Assembly: GCA_964016885.1 (NCBI GenBank)
Contig: OZ024742.1
Location: 83,576,001 to 83,640,000, forward strand
Length of the DNA: 64,000 nt
From: Eledone cirrhosa
Lineage: Eukaryota
Direction of reading: 5' to 3'
Shown here: piece after piece, positions 12,301-26,830 of the stretch
Layout: every line of letters starts with the position of its first letter
Position numbering within the stretch: position 1 is the stretch's first letter
Notes under the pieces: generated by a model
Databases searched by the model: none
What the model was told of the DNA's origin: nothing
What the model saw: only the letters and a program-made list of their open reading frames with translations
Position numbers and translations under genes: made by a program

Positions 12301-12518
12301 ACGATGGTCGGCTGAAAATGTCATAGCGGAAATGTTCATAGACTAACAAAATATTCTCATGAATGACCAAATGAGGATTTTTATATTTTCAACATAGGCC
12401 CTTGTAAGAAACAATGCAGTTGTTAATAAAAAGAATTGAAATTAAAGCATGCAAGATTTCACAGCTCTAGCATAAATCGTTCATAGTCAGCCTATGAACT
12501 TTTCAGCCGACCCTCGTA
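12300..12518 (+). mobile_element. Tc1/mariner-type MITE
   Basis: Right TIR TATGAACTTTTCAGCCGACCCTCGTA is intact. Confidence 0.8.
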
Positions 12519-12555
12519 CATGTGGGTGCATCAGTGCGTTTATATATATGCATGC

Positions 12556-12644
<89 letters not shown>

Positions 12645-13144
12645 TGTGTCTGTGTGTGTGTGTGTGTGTCTGTGTGTGTGTGTGTGTTAGTGTAAATGCG
12701 TGTACACCTCTACGTGTGTAACAAGTCACACACATGCACGCAAACACAGACTCACATGCTTATATATCAACACGTATATAGATTAAAAGTAAGCGTAACA
12801 TCTCAAAGGTGTAATTTCAAATTGTTTATGTTTCTTTAATTTAAACATTACAATAAATGGACGGTTAGGAATGCGTTCTTGATTAAATTATAGTAAAATA
12901 TGAAGTAATTTCCGGTTTGGCGAGTCCTCAACGGATGTTGAAAAACAATTTTCTTTTCATTGGTACTTACAATGGGAATTAGATTGTTAAAAAAACATAC
13001 ACACTTAAACACAGTTTAAAATGAAAACGATGCATATATTTACATATGCATTATTTTCATTTCACACGTTGTGTTAAAGGATGTACATTTTAATCAATCT
13101 ACTTCATAAATATATGTGTTTGTGTGTGTGCGTGCATGTATGTT

Positions 13145-13175
<31 letters not shown>

Positions 13176-14590
13176 TTGTGTATTTGTGTGTTTGTGTGTG
13201 TGTGTGCGCGTGTGTGTGTGTGTATCTGTGCCTGTGTGTCTGTGTGTGTCTGTGCAAAGGAAGAATGGTGTGAATAATGTGTAAGCCTACTACCACGAGA
13301 CAGAAATGTCAATTCTGTGTTAAGAGTAACATTTATTTTAGGAAGTTTGAATTGAGCGATACATCATTGTAACGGGAAAATTCCTTGTGCTTGTCTTAAA
13401 ACAGAGTAAATATTTTATGAGCTTCTGGCTACATTCATGAGAAGCAACTTATTTGTAGATGTATCTTAAGATCATGTTTACTGTAAGGGTTATTTTTACT
13501 AGAGTTTAAGTATGTGAAAGAAAATAGTTATAAGAATGTCTTTGAATATCGTAATTAGCGAGATATTTTCTAAACTTATCTTCATGATAGTCATATTTAT
13601 TACGAAGCATCTTTCGTCCATCATAATTGTAAAGCTGAAACTCTAGTGATTCCAATTTTGTAATGAGTGAATCTAGACTGAATAATATTATTAAATTACA
13701 TATTTCTGCTCCATTGAACCATTACTGTGCCACTACGTTTAACACAGGATTAATCATCGATGAAAAGAAGTGACTCTCTAGCGACTATAACATCATCGAT
13801 ATCTATATTGTTAATTGCGGTGAATCTACTGCTATAATTTAAGCTATTTTTTAGGAAAGGTTTTGATATGAACGTTTAGAATTGATCAACGTCAAACTTT
13901 TAATTTACAGTATTGTTTATAGTGTATCTCGGTGATGATCTTAACGACATAAGTGGCATTATTCCAAAGGTGGTTGACTATTTCCATAATACTGTTGTAG
14001 ATCGAATCTAAAATATATTTGCCGCTGTTGCATAATTATTTCTCATTGGGGTTAATACACTGGAGTTTAAGACTCGTTAAGATGTTAATACAATATCAGT
14101 TTGATAAATAACGAGATACTGGACTTTTCATCTATTTTGAGATCAAAGGCTAAATCTTTCTATTTGTTGTTAACTTATAAATGCTTAGATTTTTTTAACG
14201 ATTTCATGATGTTGCAGAAGTCCTATGTCTGTGAGGATAATTGGCGCCGTGACAATTTTGTCTGTTTAGACGTTGCTTGGATTTTTGTAGATTTTCTAAA
14301 TGATATTAAGTTGTTGCGTTAGGTATTTTCAAATTCCGTTAAAATCTCTTTAAATTTTGCGTATTTCTATTAAATTAAGGAAATGATTTTTACGTATCAT
14401 GTGTGCATTATACTACAGTGGCTATTTTAGTGATCCCAACCCGAATGAGTTGTTCATAGCTGCTGCAAGTATTGTTTTCTCGAAGGAGTTTATTTTTCTA
14501 CAAATGCATTTCATGAGATGCTTTGTTTCTTGTTGAGTATTTTTCCCTGAAGAAATATTTACTGAATATAATCTCGGGATCACTCCATTA

Positions 14591-14804
14591 TACGAGGGTC
14601 GGCTGAAAAGTTCATAAATTGAAACGTTCATAGGCTGACCAAGATACTCTCATAGAATGACCAAATCAGGTTTATTGTTCAAGTCCCTGGAAAGAAACAA
14701 TTCAGTTATTAATAAGAAGAGTTGAAATTAATGCATGCAAGATCTCACAGCTCTAGCATCCCTCCTTCAGAGTCAGCCTCTGAACTTTTCAGCCGACCCT
14801 CGTA
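14591..14804 (+). mobile_element. Tc1/mariner-type MITE (best-preserved copy)
   Basis: TACGAGGGTCGGCTGAAAAGTTCA ... TGAACTTTTCAGCCGACCCTCGTA with a TA target duplication. Confidence 0.9.
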
Positions 14805-15124
14805 TGATTGTTTGCAAAAAGACCATTTCTAATTTGGTTTTGCAAATGGGAGAAAAATAACTCAATACGTTACGTAGGTTATATATTTATTCATTGTTGT
14901 AACATAGAAGTGCATCTTGGGTTACTTTTAGACCAACAATGTTACGTGAAAACAAATTTCAAACTAGGTTTTAAATGTTTAGCAAGCTGCATTTGGCTTA
15001 TAAATCAATGGAAGTTTGGAGTTTGGGCGTGAAAATCAATAAGAATACTCTACTTTTCTATTCTTTCCTTATTTTTATTTCTTTCCCTTCATAGTGCTAT
15101 CGATACTTGAAAATGTCCCTCCAC

Positions 15125-15291
15125 TGTCTTCTCTCTTCTCTCTTCTCTCTTCTCTCTTCTCTCTCTTCTCTTTTCTCTCTCTTCTCTCTTCTCTCTTCTC
15201 TCTTCTCTTTTGCCTCCTCTTTCTCTTCTCTTCTCTTCTCTCTCTGCTAATTCCTCTCTCCTCTTCTATCTTTTCTTGCGCAGTCTTCTCT

Positions 15292-15322
<31 letters not shown>

Positions 15323-15554
15323 TCTCTTTTCTTCTCTCTCTCTCTCTCCACTTCTATCTCCTCCGCTCAGTCTTCTCTTCTCTCTCTCTCCTCTTCTATC
15401 TCTTCTCGCGCAGTCTTCTCTTCTCTCTCTCTCCTCTTCTATATATTTTCGCTCAGTCTTCTCTTCTCTCTCTCCTCTTCTACCTCTCCTTACTCAGTCT
15501 TCACTTCTCTCTCTTTCCTCTTCTATCTCTTCTTTCTCGCTCAGTCTTCTCTTT

Positions 15555-15648
<94 letters not shown>

Positions 15649-15697
15649 TTCTCTCATCTTCTCTTTCTCTCTTCTCTGCTCTCTCTTTCTCTCTCTA
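15125..15697. repeat. Polypyrimidine (CT)n-rich low-complexity tract
   Basis: Direct inspection. Confidence 0.95.
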
Positions 15698-16060
15698 TGA
15701 CCCCTTGTTACTTCTATTCTCCCAGTATTTTCTCTAATTTCTTCCCCCCTCATGTATACAATATCCTCACGATTTTGTCAATATTGTGTCGTTTTTCTTC
15801 TTTTTTGCATTCAGGTTTTGTTTTTTGTTTTCACTTGATTTCCATAAAATATTTTGTATGTTTTTATATGTTCATATGAATTTATGTACTATGTTTCTAT
15901 GGTTATTTTTATGAAGGAATTTTTTGTAGGGGTGGGACCTGTTTGTACGTTTGTGTGTGAATTTCAATCTAGCTGTTCTTCACGTGTTCTTCACGTGTTC
16001 TTCACGTGTTCCGAACAAGTAAATATTTGTGTATGTGTATCTCCATTGACTCGTATGTGC

Positions 16061-16186
<126 letters not shown>

Positions 16187-16348
16187 GCGTTCAATCGGAG
16201 ATAACTACTGTAAGTAAGGTACTCAATACATAAGAGTATATACAATATTTAATATAGAAATGGCTATATATATATATATTAGAAAGTGAGGTTTTTTTAC
16301 AAAATGAAAAATAACCGAGGTGTCCTATATATATATTTATATATCATA

Positions 16349-16381
<33 letters not shown>

Positions 16382-17167
16382 CATATATATATATTATATA
16401 TATATGTGTGTGAGTATGGTGATGGTCTATAATCACATCTGTGTTTGTCCATATGTTTCAGGACATACACGACACGAATGTATGCGCCTGTGATCATATA
16501 TAGTTATTACGACCGCATGCCTGAATATCTGCTTAAGTTACTACGAATGTATGTTCATGCTTGCGTGTGTATATCTAGGAAAAACATTTTGCACACACAT
16601 AACTTTACGTCATTTCATATCAACACTCCATGAATTGATTATTTGTGAGTTTCTAAATTTATGTACAAAAATCACGTGATATTTTTTCTTTTAATATTCA
16701 ATCGATATCTACGCCAAAGCAATAAATACAACTCACAAAAGTTTTGATTCTTGTTAGAAACAAATTTCCAGCTGATGGAACGTTTTTTTGTTAATCTCCG
16801 CGCGAAAGTCTAAATTTTACAGATTACCAACGGTCGCATGCTGCGCACTTTATATGCTAAGTCTGTTGTCTAGAAATTTCTAGTTGTACTATTTCTATGT
16901 ATTTATCTCCGATTATGCCGATAGACACCCGTAAATTTTCCTCTCCATTCTCTATTATGTTATTGACTTACATACTTCATGCTAACAGAGCGGTTCTCCA
17001 ATCCGTTTCACAAACTGGCTATGCAATGGTAGTACAAAGTGCGCCGAATTGAACACCAGCAATGGATTAATGGGGTAGAGATGCGTTTTTGTGTATTCGT
17101 CTTGGGTAACTATGTGCATTTACTGCTGACACACACACATATGTATATATATATATATTTGGGGGGG

Positions 17168-17522
17168 GTCGTTTTGGAAGCCTCAACAATGCAGATGGGT
17201 AAATTTCCGGGTAACAAAATCTGGTGGTGAAGAGAGAGATGTATAGTATGTAGAGGAACCTAAAAAAGAGCGTAAAAAATAAAAATAACAACACCATAGA
17301 GTTACCTTGGGGGAGATTTAATTGTACTTATATTTCGGATTCGCATCCATCAACTGGGGGGGGGGGTTCTGGGGGGATGGGGAGAGTTATCTGTTGTCCG
17401 GCTCTTCCCCACCGGATTTTGTTACCCGGAGATTTACCCATCTGCATTGTTGAGGCTTCCAAAACGAACCAAAAAGAATTTTTATTATTCCACAATGCTT
17501 CAAGCAAACTTCAATACTCTCT

Positions 17523-17523
<1 letters not shown>
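17168..17523 (+). mobile_element. Short element with about 65-bp inverted repeats and a PLE-like tail
   Basis: 17168-17235 is inverted at 17402-17467; the tail caatgcttcaagcaaacttcaat resembles 930-960. Confidence 0.55.
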
Positions 17524-17593
<70 letters not shown>

Positions 17594-17602
17594 GTGCGTG
17601 TG

Positions 17603-17695
<93 letters not shown>

Positions 17696-17699
17696 ATGC

Positions 17700-17748
<49 letters not shown>

Positions 17749-18708
17749 AGTGTTATAATTTGGCCTATCATATAAACAAATATGGCTATTCTCACGAATC
17801 ATTGGTGGTGGTGTGAGGGCTACCTCCTTCTTGCTGGTACCAGAACGTATTTATTAGAGATGGTTGTATGGTCTGTAGCTCCTTTCTGAAGTATTCCAGG
17901 ACCTCCACATACCATTCCTTTGTGAATGTGGAGTGGACCAATCAACCCTCTTTCAGATATAGCAGAACAGACGGCATATTTAGCCGAGTGGAGAGGTTTC
18001 ACAGCCAATTAAGTTGGTTTCTCTGATCCCTAGAACACATTGTTCTTAGAGTTGATCTTCTCCTCTGATAGCCGTTGGTTTCCAACACCTTGCAGAACTG
18101 TGTGGTGTGGATGGCTCTACATCACGTCACTGCATTCTGTTATGTATGCACGTGATATGACTTCCAATGTTCCCTCTTTTAGCACTGTTGGAAAGAGCAG
18201 ATTAGCGGTGGACGAAAGGATGCCTGGAAGTCGCCTTACTGCAGAAATCGGTGCTGATTTCGCTGTTTTTCGTGATGTTCAACACAACGGCATTTAAAAA
18301 TAAACAGTGACCAGGAAAGGCAATCTCTAATTTCTCCGACGTTTTCCCTTGCGTATCCTCCTTGATAATGTATGGTAAATTTGAAATATTGTGACAAATA
18401 AATTACTACGGTAACAATCATTAATCCTTGTACTTTTATTTTCTTCCTCTCCCACTCTTTGCTTTGTACCTCACTTCTTTCAATTCCCTTCCGATGTGTT
18501 GCCTTGGTATTTCAAATTTACTTGACAACATAAGATATTTGCCAATGGATCAAATGAAGAGAAGATCGGCGTTTCTACCTCTTGTAGAACCAATATATTG
18601 TCTGATTTTTTTAAATTTCAGAGAGAAAGAAAGAGTTAAAAAACTGAGACACATACATATGCACGCATGCGCACGCACGCGCACGCACACACACGCACAC
18701 ACACACAT

Positions 18709-18811
<103 letters not shown>

Positions 18812-19104
18812 TATATATTATTCAGTAATATACATTGAATCCCAATGAATAATATCACTTAGAATATAATTCAGAGAAGCTTATAAATCTCAAATAAGGC
18901 TCAGAAGTGACCAAATGAAAGATCGCAGTAACGTCTTTTAAAATAAAGTAACTTTATACACATCTCACCCCTAAAGTAAACTTCTTGTCAAGCATGTATT
19001 TTTCGAACGTATTTCCGTCCTCTTGTTAGGAACTAATATAAGTATATAATCTGTGAATGCATATAGGTATATATCTGTGTTCGTCTCTCTTTACGGTATT
19101 ACTA

Positions 19105-19285
19105 GGCTCGGTAGTATATGTAGAGAGTCGGACGCCATGCTTTCCAGCATAGTTACGTCTCTTTACGATCTGAGTTCAAATCGCGCCGAGGTTAACTTTG
19201 CCTTTCATCCTTACGGGGTCGATAAAATAAAGTACCAGTAATGTACTGGGTAATTGCTGGCCTTGTGCCTAATGTAGAAACAATT
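19105..19285 (+). mobile_element. SINE family 1
   Basis: Homologous to 3801-3985. Confidence 0.8.
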
Positions 19286-19341
19286 ATATATATATATATA
19301 TATAATATATAAGATCAAAAGATGGTTAAAAGAGTTCCAAG

Positions 19342-19412
19342 TATTTTATTATACGCATTTCAAAAACAAATATCATCATGGGATGATATCTGCGTTCTCA
19401 TCAGATAAAATA
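19342..19412 (-). ncRNA. Hammerhead ribozyme in the PLE pLTR
   Basis: tattttat-CTGATGA-(about 16-bp stem II)-GAAA-TGCGTA-TA-ataaaata; the inverted copy at about 22285-22356 has a damaged GAAA. Confidence 0.7.
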
Positions 19413-20567
19413 GGGAGACATGATATGAAGCTTAAAAAACACTTGTGAATAGTGCAGTTTTAAATCAACATATGAAAATATATTAAGATGGATGTATGAG
19501 ATTGGGAAAAAGTGACGGGGTGTTGGAAAAGGTAAGGAAGAGGAAGAAATAAGAGTAAAGGATGGTGGGGGAGGAGTATAAGAAGGAAGGATGAGAGGGG
19601 AGGAAAGATGGGTGATAGAGAGAGAGAGATAGCCTTTACAACTGAGAAAAAATATTGTCTCACAGAGAGAAATTAAAAAGCCGTTGGAAGATAATAGATA
19701 ATTTAAAAGATTTTGAAATTAAAAGTTAATGAGGTTTTATGCATGAAGAAAAAGGAATTAACAATAGTATTAAATTAAGGTTTGTATATTGAAGGGTTTA
19801 ATAATATGTGCGAAGAAAAGAATTTATTAATATGTATTATTAAAATTAAAATATTAATGATATTAAGGATATAATGTGAAAAGAAGGAGAAGAATGAATG
19901 AGTTATGAATTTAGAGGAATTAGTTAGGGTTTAAGTTTGTTTTTGTGTACGTAAATAGTATGTTTAAAATGAGCGCGGAAGGAAAGAAGAAAAAAGGATG
20001 TTTAAGGAAGAAAATATCTAACATCAAAAAGTATATATGTTTACGAAATATTTTCTAATGGTAATAATATAATATTTTAAAAGAAATTAGTTAGAGTTTA
20101 AGTTTTTTTTTGTATTGTAATATGTAAAAGTCAAATTAAGTAGTAGGTTTAAAACGAGCATGAAAGGATGGAAGAGATATGAAAAATTTAAGGAAGAAAA
20201 AATCTAACGTCAAAAGTTTATATGTTTACGAAGGACTTCTAATGGTAATATTATAATGCATTAAAAAAATAATTTTTATGGCCAATGATATGAGGAAAGA
20301 TGGAAGAATGGATAATGTTGTGGTGATATGATTGTTAATGTTGTTAATATGAATTGAGAAGTAGTTGGGAAGAAAAAGTACAGATTAGAGGTTAGAAATT
20401 AAAAAGAAAAAAGGAAGAAAGGAAAATGATAAAGAAGAATGATATAGAATGAGTAAATTGTATTATATAATATATAATACTGAAATAAGGTAGAAAGATG
20501 GGTATATTTGTAAAAGATATATAAGCCTTTGAGAAAAAGGATTTTAAACTAGTAAGGTATTGAGATA

Positions 20568-21900
20568 TTAGTTGTATACTTTATGGAATGTTCTATAGAA
20601 TTTATGCATTCTATGGAATTTATCTGTGCGTCTATTTATTATAGAATTGAAATTAGATATAATGGTAAATTTCTCGGCTAGGCAGAGATTACATGTTCTG
20701 GATAGGGAAGAATTCAGGTAAGGAAAGGCGGAACAAACTTTTCTCCAAGAGATTTTATAGTTAATATTTTTGTCTTTCAAGGACCATATGAGTTCCGAGA
20801 GTGCCGTGTTAGTTCTTTTAAGTTGGTATCTAAAAGACGAATTGTGATTGTAAAATCTAGCTTTGAAGGAAGTGGAAGTGGAACCGAAATAGGTAAAAGA
20901 ATTGGTATCAGTTATAACCTTACATTCATAGACTAAGTTTTTATCAAGACAATGGTTATTAAGAGGACATTTAGTTTTAATAGGGCAATTACAATTACGA
21001 TTAGAGAAATTAACAGAGTTATTAACAAGTGACCTAGTATTATTTATAGAAGGATTTGGATTGGAGAAGTTATTTACGATAGGAACAATAGTTTCCTGAT
21101 TTAGATTGGTATTTTGAACATTCAACGAAGTTACGTTTGACGTCGTATTTAAATTTACAGAATCTAGCCTAGAGTTAACAATGACGCGGGTGTACTACTG
21201 CTATTATTATGAAGCTCAGTGTTGGAAGGATGTGATTTATTATTTAATATTTTATTGTTGTGTTTAGAGATAATGTTAAAGATATTGGAAGTGGTGGAAT
21301 AAGAAAATGTTATTGTATGTTTGTTAAAGATTTTACTATAGATATGTGAGGGAGGGAAGCATTTATCTAAGGCCATACAGAATAGTTTAGGAATATTATT
21401 ATTATTAGATATAGAAAAAGGAGCATTATACCAGATTATATTTTTGTATCTAGGTCTTTTATTTAAGTTATTGGAATGTTCATAATTAATTATTTTACTG
21501 TAAGACCTTCTAGGATTGGTTTCCTTACTGTATTTAATTTTATCAGGATAACCGGCTTTAGAAATCGCATTATTATAGTAATTGGCGTATTATAGTAATT
21601 GCTGGCCTTGTTCCTAAAGTAGAAACAATTATTATAGTAATTGGCGTTAGCATCGAAGATATCTTTATTAGAGGATAGGTTTGAGATTCTTTTTTCAATA
21701 TTACTGACTATAGCATTTTTAATGTTAGTGGGGTGTTTAGATTTAAAATTAACATAATTTAGATTCTCTTTGTTTTTATGGTAAGGGTAATATAGGCCAG
21801 TGTCAAGATTAAGGGATATATCCAAGAAGTTAGCTAGTTTAACGTTGTTATCAAATTCAATTTTAAGGTTATGGTGCTTAAAGAGATCACGTATATTGTT
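20568..21900 (-). pseudogene. Disrupted PLE RT/GIY-YIG ORF
   Basis: NFLDISLNLDTGLYYPYHK..SKHP (RT thumb), IFNKHTITFSYS (linker), CNC..KCPLNNHCL..LVYEC..YFGST..FKARFYNH..CNLCLAEK (GIY-YIG); broken by stops and an insertion. Confidence 0.9.
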
Positions 21901-22497
21901 CTTAATAATATTAAGGTTAACTAAGTTGCAGTTTAAGATAGTAAATTTTAATTTCAAAATTTTAATTTCAAAATCTTTTAAATTATCTATTATCTTCCAA
22001 CGGCTTTTTAATTTCTCTCTGTGAGACAATATTTTTTCTCAGTTGTAAAGGCTATCTCTCTCTCTCTCTCTCTCTCTATCACCCATCTCTCCTCCTCTCT
22101 CATCCTTCCTTCTTATACTCCTCCCCACCATCCTTTACTCTTATTTCTTCCTCTTCCTTACCTTTTCCACCCCACCCCCCTCACTTTTTCCCAATCTCAT
22201 ACATCCATCTTAATTTATTTTTTCATATGTTGATTTAAAACTGCACTATTCACAAGTGTTTTTTAAGCTTCATATCATGTCTCCCTATTTTATCTGATGA
22301 GAACGCAGATATCATCCCATGATGATATTGTTTTTTAACTGCGCATAATAAAATACTTGGAACTTTTTTAACCATCTGTTGATCTTATATTATTTATACT
22401 CCAGTCCTACAAACTGTAGAGTGCTACTTATCCGATATTTGCATTGCTTTATTGTGCTACAATAAAACTCACCTCCTACATATATATATATATATAT

Positions 22498-23103
22498 CGC
22501 ACACCATCTCACAGTCTGTGGCCTACTCCAGTGCCACGGAACACCCGCCCATCGCCTCACGGTCGAACAACGTACTATCTTCATCTTACAGACCCACACC
22601 CCACCCGGCCTGAACTCCCCACCCTTATTCCTTTAGCGTTCGACCGCCCCCCTCCCCCACTTATCCCCCACTAACACACCCCTCCTTTTCACCGCCCACC
22701 CCACACTAACAATACTAACACCCCCACTCCACCCCTCATCTAACCACCCTTCCCCAACTAACATACTAACATCCCTTCCCTCCCCTCTTCTCCTCCTCCC
22801 CCCTCCTTATCACACGCACACACTTACACCACCCACCCCACACGCAACTAACATCACTAACACCCTCCAACCCCACGCACACGTACCCACACACCCTCGT
22901 ACACCACCAACTCTACACACCCTACCCCCACTAACCCCCACTCACACCTGCATTCCACCCCTCCCCACCTCCCGTCTACTAACACCCACTAACACCTCCT
23001 CACCAAACTACACACACACCAGTACACCACACTCCCTCCATAGAACCACACACACCCTTCTCTCCCCACTCCACACTCACTCATCCCACTAACACCCCTA
23101 CTA

Positions 23104-23154
<51 letters not shown>

Positions 23155-24104
23155 CCTCACTCCAACTCTCACACCTACCCATCCTCGCCTCCCTACCATT
23201 CCGCTGACTGCTGCTATGCCCTTCCGACCACTGTCTCAGCACCCACTGACCACAGCACTTCCACTGCTGACCACTTCCTGTTGCGCGCGCACCCCACATC
23301 TCTCCTCTTCCGACCACCGCTTCTTGGATTACCCACACGCGTTTTGACTTCCAACCAAAATCTCCATACATCCGTGTAACTTACCACTTTTCAACCATCC
23401 TCTAACACCATCACCTATATAACTCACCCACACACACATCCCAAAACAATTTTTTTTATCCACACGCCACCCACACCCACAACACGCTTAAACCACACAC
23501 ACGTGCTTCCCACCACATATTTACACCCTCAGCCCCCTGATTCCTCTCCCCCCACCCCCTATCCACACACGCACAGACCCTCCGACACACAAAAACACCC
23601 TCCACACACACCTTCCTGAACATGCAACCCCGTTCTTCCCCCAACCCTCACTTTCACATACACACACACACACACACACGCACACCTAACCACACACACC
23701 ACCTTCAGCCCTCCCCGCTCGGACACCCCGTCTCCCTCTCCCCACTCCACCCGCCTCCACCTCTACTCACCCCACACCCTTCCACCACCTGTTTACCCCC
23801 CTTTTAATTTCAGTTTATTTTGATCATGCCTTTATTTTTAAATGTTCTCATTCCTTGTATTTTGATCATGCTTTATTTTTATTTATTATTTATTATAATT
23901 TTGTCTTTATTTGTTAATTTTTCATTCGCACCGTTTCCTTTCGCTATATGTCTCTCCACCACTCCCCTACACACCTTTTGAACTCTTACCCGAAGAAGGG
24001 CTTATGCCCGAAACGTCGTCCTCCACCTACCCCCCACTCTCCTGAGCGTGAAGCTAATAAACATTTGTCGTACTGCCTCTCTGTTCTGTCCCTGTTCAAT
24101 TTTT

Positions 24105-24105
<1 letters not shown>
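22498..24105 (+). mobile_element. C-rich PLE-like 3' region ending in an HHR-like pLTR
   Basis: Strand-biased C/A-rich tract, then CCGAAGA-A-GGGC ttat GCCC-GAAACGTCGTC at 23990-24020, AATAAA and (TA)n. Confidence 0.55.
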
Positions 24106-24161
<56 letters not shown>

Positions 24162-24214
24162 CATTACATTATATATATATGCATATATAATATTTATACA
24201 TTTATATACACACC

Positions 24215-24291
<77 letters not shown>

Positions 24292-24908
24292 TTGTGTGTA
24301 TAAATGTATAAACGTATATATATATATATATATATATATAGAAAGGATGAATATAAAATGAAAGTGCTTTTGTTAAAAAAGGAATTTATTAGGTATTGAC
24401 ATATGTTTAATTTATACTCGTTGAGCAAACCTGCACGTACGCTGTTCATCTCTAACGTAACGATATATTATCACTACATTATTGATAACCTGAAATTTTA
24501 TATATATATATATATATACACGTACATTGCTTAACTTCATGTTTACTCACCATATACATTCTACATATACCTAAAACTATATTCAACGCCCGTTATACAG
24601 TATTCACATCTGATAATTGAAAGTAACTGCCTCAGAACATACTATTGAAATATATACGTGTCGTTTATTGGTATCAGAAACAAAAAAAAATGAAAAACCA
24701 AATGAAGCAATCACCCCTTCACACGTCTGCTAACTTTTCTGTCTAGTTATCAATGAATTGATTTCATCTTACCCTTGAATTTCTTTGAATTTCATAGAAA
24801 ATGCCAACCCACTACTATATTCCATTAAATGTCAAAATAAATATTTCTATTGTATAGAACACAGCTTGTTTTTGCTGTTGCTCTTGTTTATGGTATCTCT
24901 TTCAAATC

Positions 24909-24909
<1 letters not shown>

Positions 24910-24939
<30 letters not shown>

Positions 24940-24965
24940 CTTCTTCTTCTTCTTCTTCTTCTTCT
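24910..24965. repeat. (CTT)n microsatellite
   Basis: Direct inspection. Confidence 0.95.
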
Positions 24966-26420
24966 GCAACAGCAACAGTAATAGAACAGCAATAACAAAA
25001 ATAATGCTAATTTCATAAAGAACTATTTCGGCTTCATGGACAGCCTGTCAGCCTTACAATCACCTAGCCAGCCAAACCACAATTCAGCGAACAATCCAAC
25101 TGATCAGCCTGGGTGACAGCCAACCACCCAATAGGACAGGAAACTAGCCAACCAGCCAATCAGTCAGTCATATTCAAACCCTTTTAACTACTGAATCACA
25201 TACCAAACCAACCAACTAACTTTCCACTCAGTCAGCCAGCAAGTCAGTTGTAGGCGTTGTCCAAAATATAAAAGAGATACCATACTATGAACACCTGGTA
25301 AACGAAACCAGGGCTACAATGTCGCATTTCAGACCGAACAAAACGAAATTGAGGAGACACGTCTCCTTACAGTTACATACAGAAAAAGAGACGCTCAGAC
25401 GTGGGAGGACAACGCGCCTCCGATTGGATGTTTGTGGGAGCAACAAATACACCTTATGCAACCAGCCTGACAGGAAACTCAGCTCGTCCGATAGCCGGTC
25501 GACAGGCAAGGTAGTAGGTTATGCTAACCAGCCAAGTGGGCAGGTGACAAACTAGCCAATCACTCGGCTAATAACAGCCACTCATCCAACCAGTCAACCA
25601 GCCAGCTACGCGGTCGGTAGGCAGCCAGTAATCCAGTTAATCAATCCATCATGTAGCCTCCCAGCAGTTCTTTGACAGTACAGCCAAAAACCTGGAGATG
25701 GTCCCATATCAGGAAGAGCAAATAAAGGCCGTTATATGTATGGTAAAACGGTGACCACAGATCCTCCCTCCACGCTCTATTACAGATGATTGTGGAAACA
25801 TATCTCCTGCCGATAGACGTGAGTAGAACACGTCATAGAACCAAACATTCAAAAGACACATGTGGGTGTATAGGAACGTGAACCCACATCACACGAAGCA
25901 AAAGCTTTGGAAGTGATTTTTGCCAACATAGAAAAGGTTAAATCCCACTTACTCAGGACTTTGAGGAACTAGGAATTGATCCTCATACTCTCGTACTAAG
26001 GCCAAATATTGGCCATGTCAGTTTTAAACGTGCCACCTAAAGTAGCCTTACTACTAGTGGCTGTTGCTGCTGACATGAAGGTTCAAACCACCATCCTAGA
26101 ATTTTATAAGATGAGGGGAGAACAATGGTCCAGAATGGGGATTTAGCTCCTCATCCTAGTGTGTTAATAACATTGGGGAACAGATTTAGTTGTCTTGCAA
26201 CTGTTCCTACCTAATTTGATGTTCTATCACTTCAATTATTTTGTTAAGAAGGAATTAAGTTTTTACCACAAAAAAACAATTTCACCATTAAATGCAATTC
26301 TGAAATAAGAAACTAACACAAATCAAATAGAACTTTTTATTGTTTAACAAATATATAACACAAAGTGTTTAATTTCACATTTAAGTATTAATATTTATAT
26401 CAAACTGGATTTCCCGGTAC

Positions 26421-26830
26421 TCAAGGAGTCCCCTTCACTCTGCTGCTTTGCGTGAATAACTTGCATTGCGACAGACACCAGCAGTATTCAGCCATCATGT
26501 TTGTATTCCATCTGCTTTGATATCCATCGAACACACAATCCATAATTCTCTCATTAGATAAGGCTTTCACAAACTGCTTCATTAGCCCAAGCTTTATGTA
26601 CAATGAGGGAAGCAAAACCTACCTGAGATTAACCAGCAGTCTGTTTAAACTCTTCTTCTCTCTAATTCTGAACTTCCGTTTCTCTGGCCATATTTTTCGT
26701 ATCCAATAGTTTCTTTTCGCTCGACTCTCCCCAAAACACAATAATCAAGGGTATATGGTATAACCTACTTGCAGACAAACAAATAATCGAATGACTTTCA
26801 AGTCCCAACCATAGTCAAGTTTTGATCCTC
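26421..26830 (-). pseudogene. Decayed DNA-transposon transposase (superfamily uncertain)
   Basis: Motifs DLKV..LQVGYT..LC..SRAK...WP, LPSLYIKLGLMKQFVKAL and YQSRWNTNMMAEYCWCL resemble a widespread invertebrate transposase-like family; internal deletion and stops. Confidence 0.7.

Larger units (their letters stand above)
19306..22480 (-). mobile_element. 5'-truncated Penelope-like element with an inverted pLTR
   Basis: Minus-strand RT C-terminus and GIY-YIG fragments; about 19306-19725 is inverted at about 21960-22391; (TA)n flanks. Confidence 0.9.

Noticed and set aside
13400-14400. Possible minus-strand decayed PLE RT (IDDV-like and SLF-like fragments)
   Set aside because: Too degenerate to support without a profile search.
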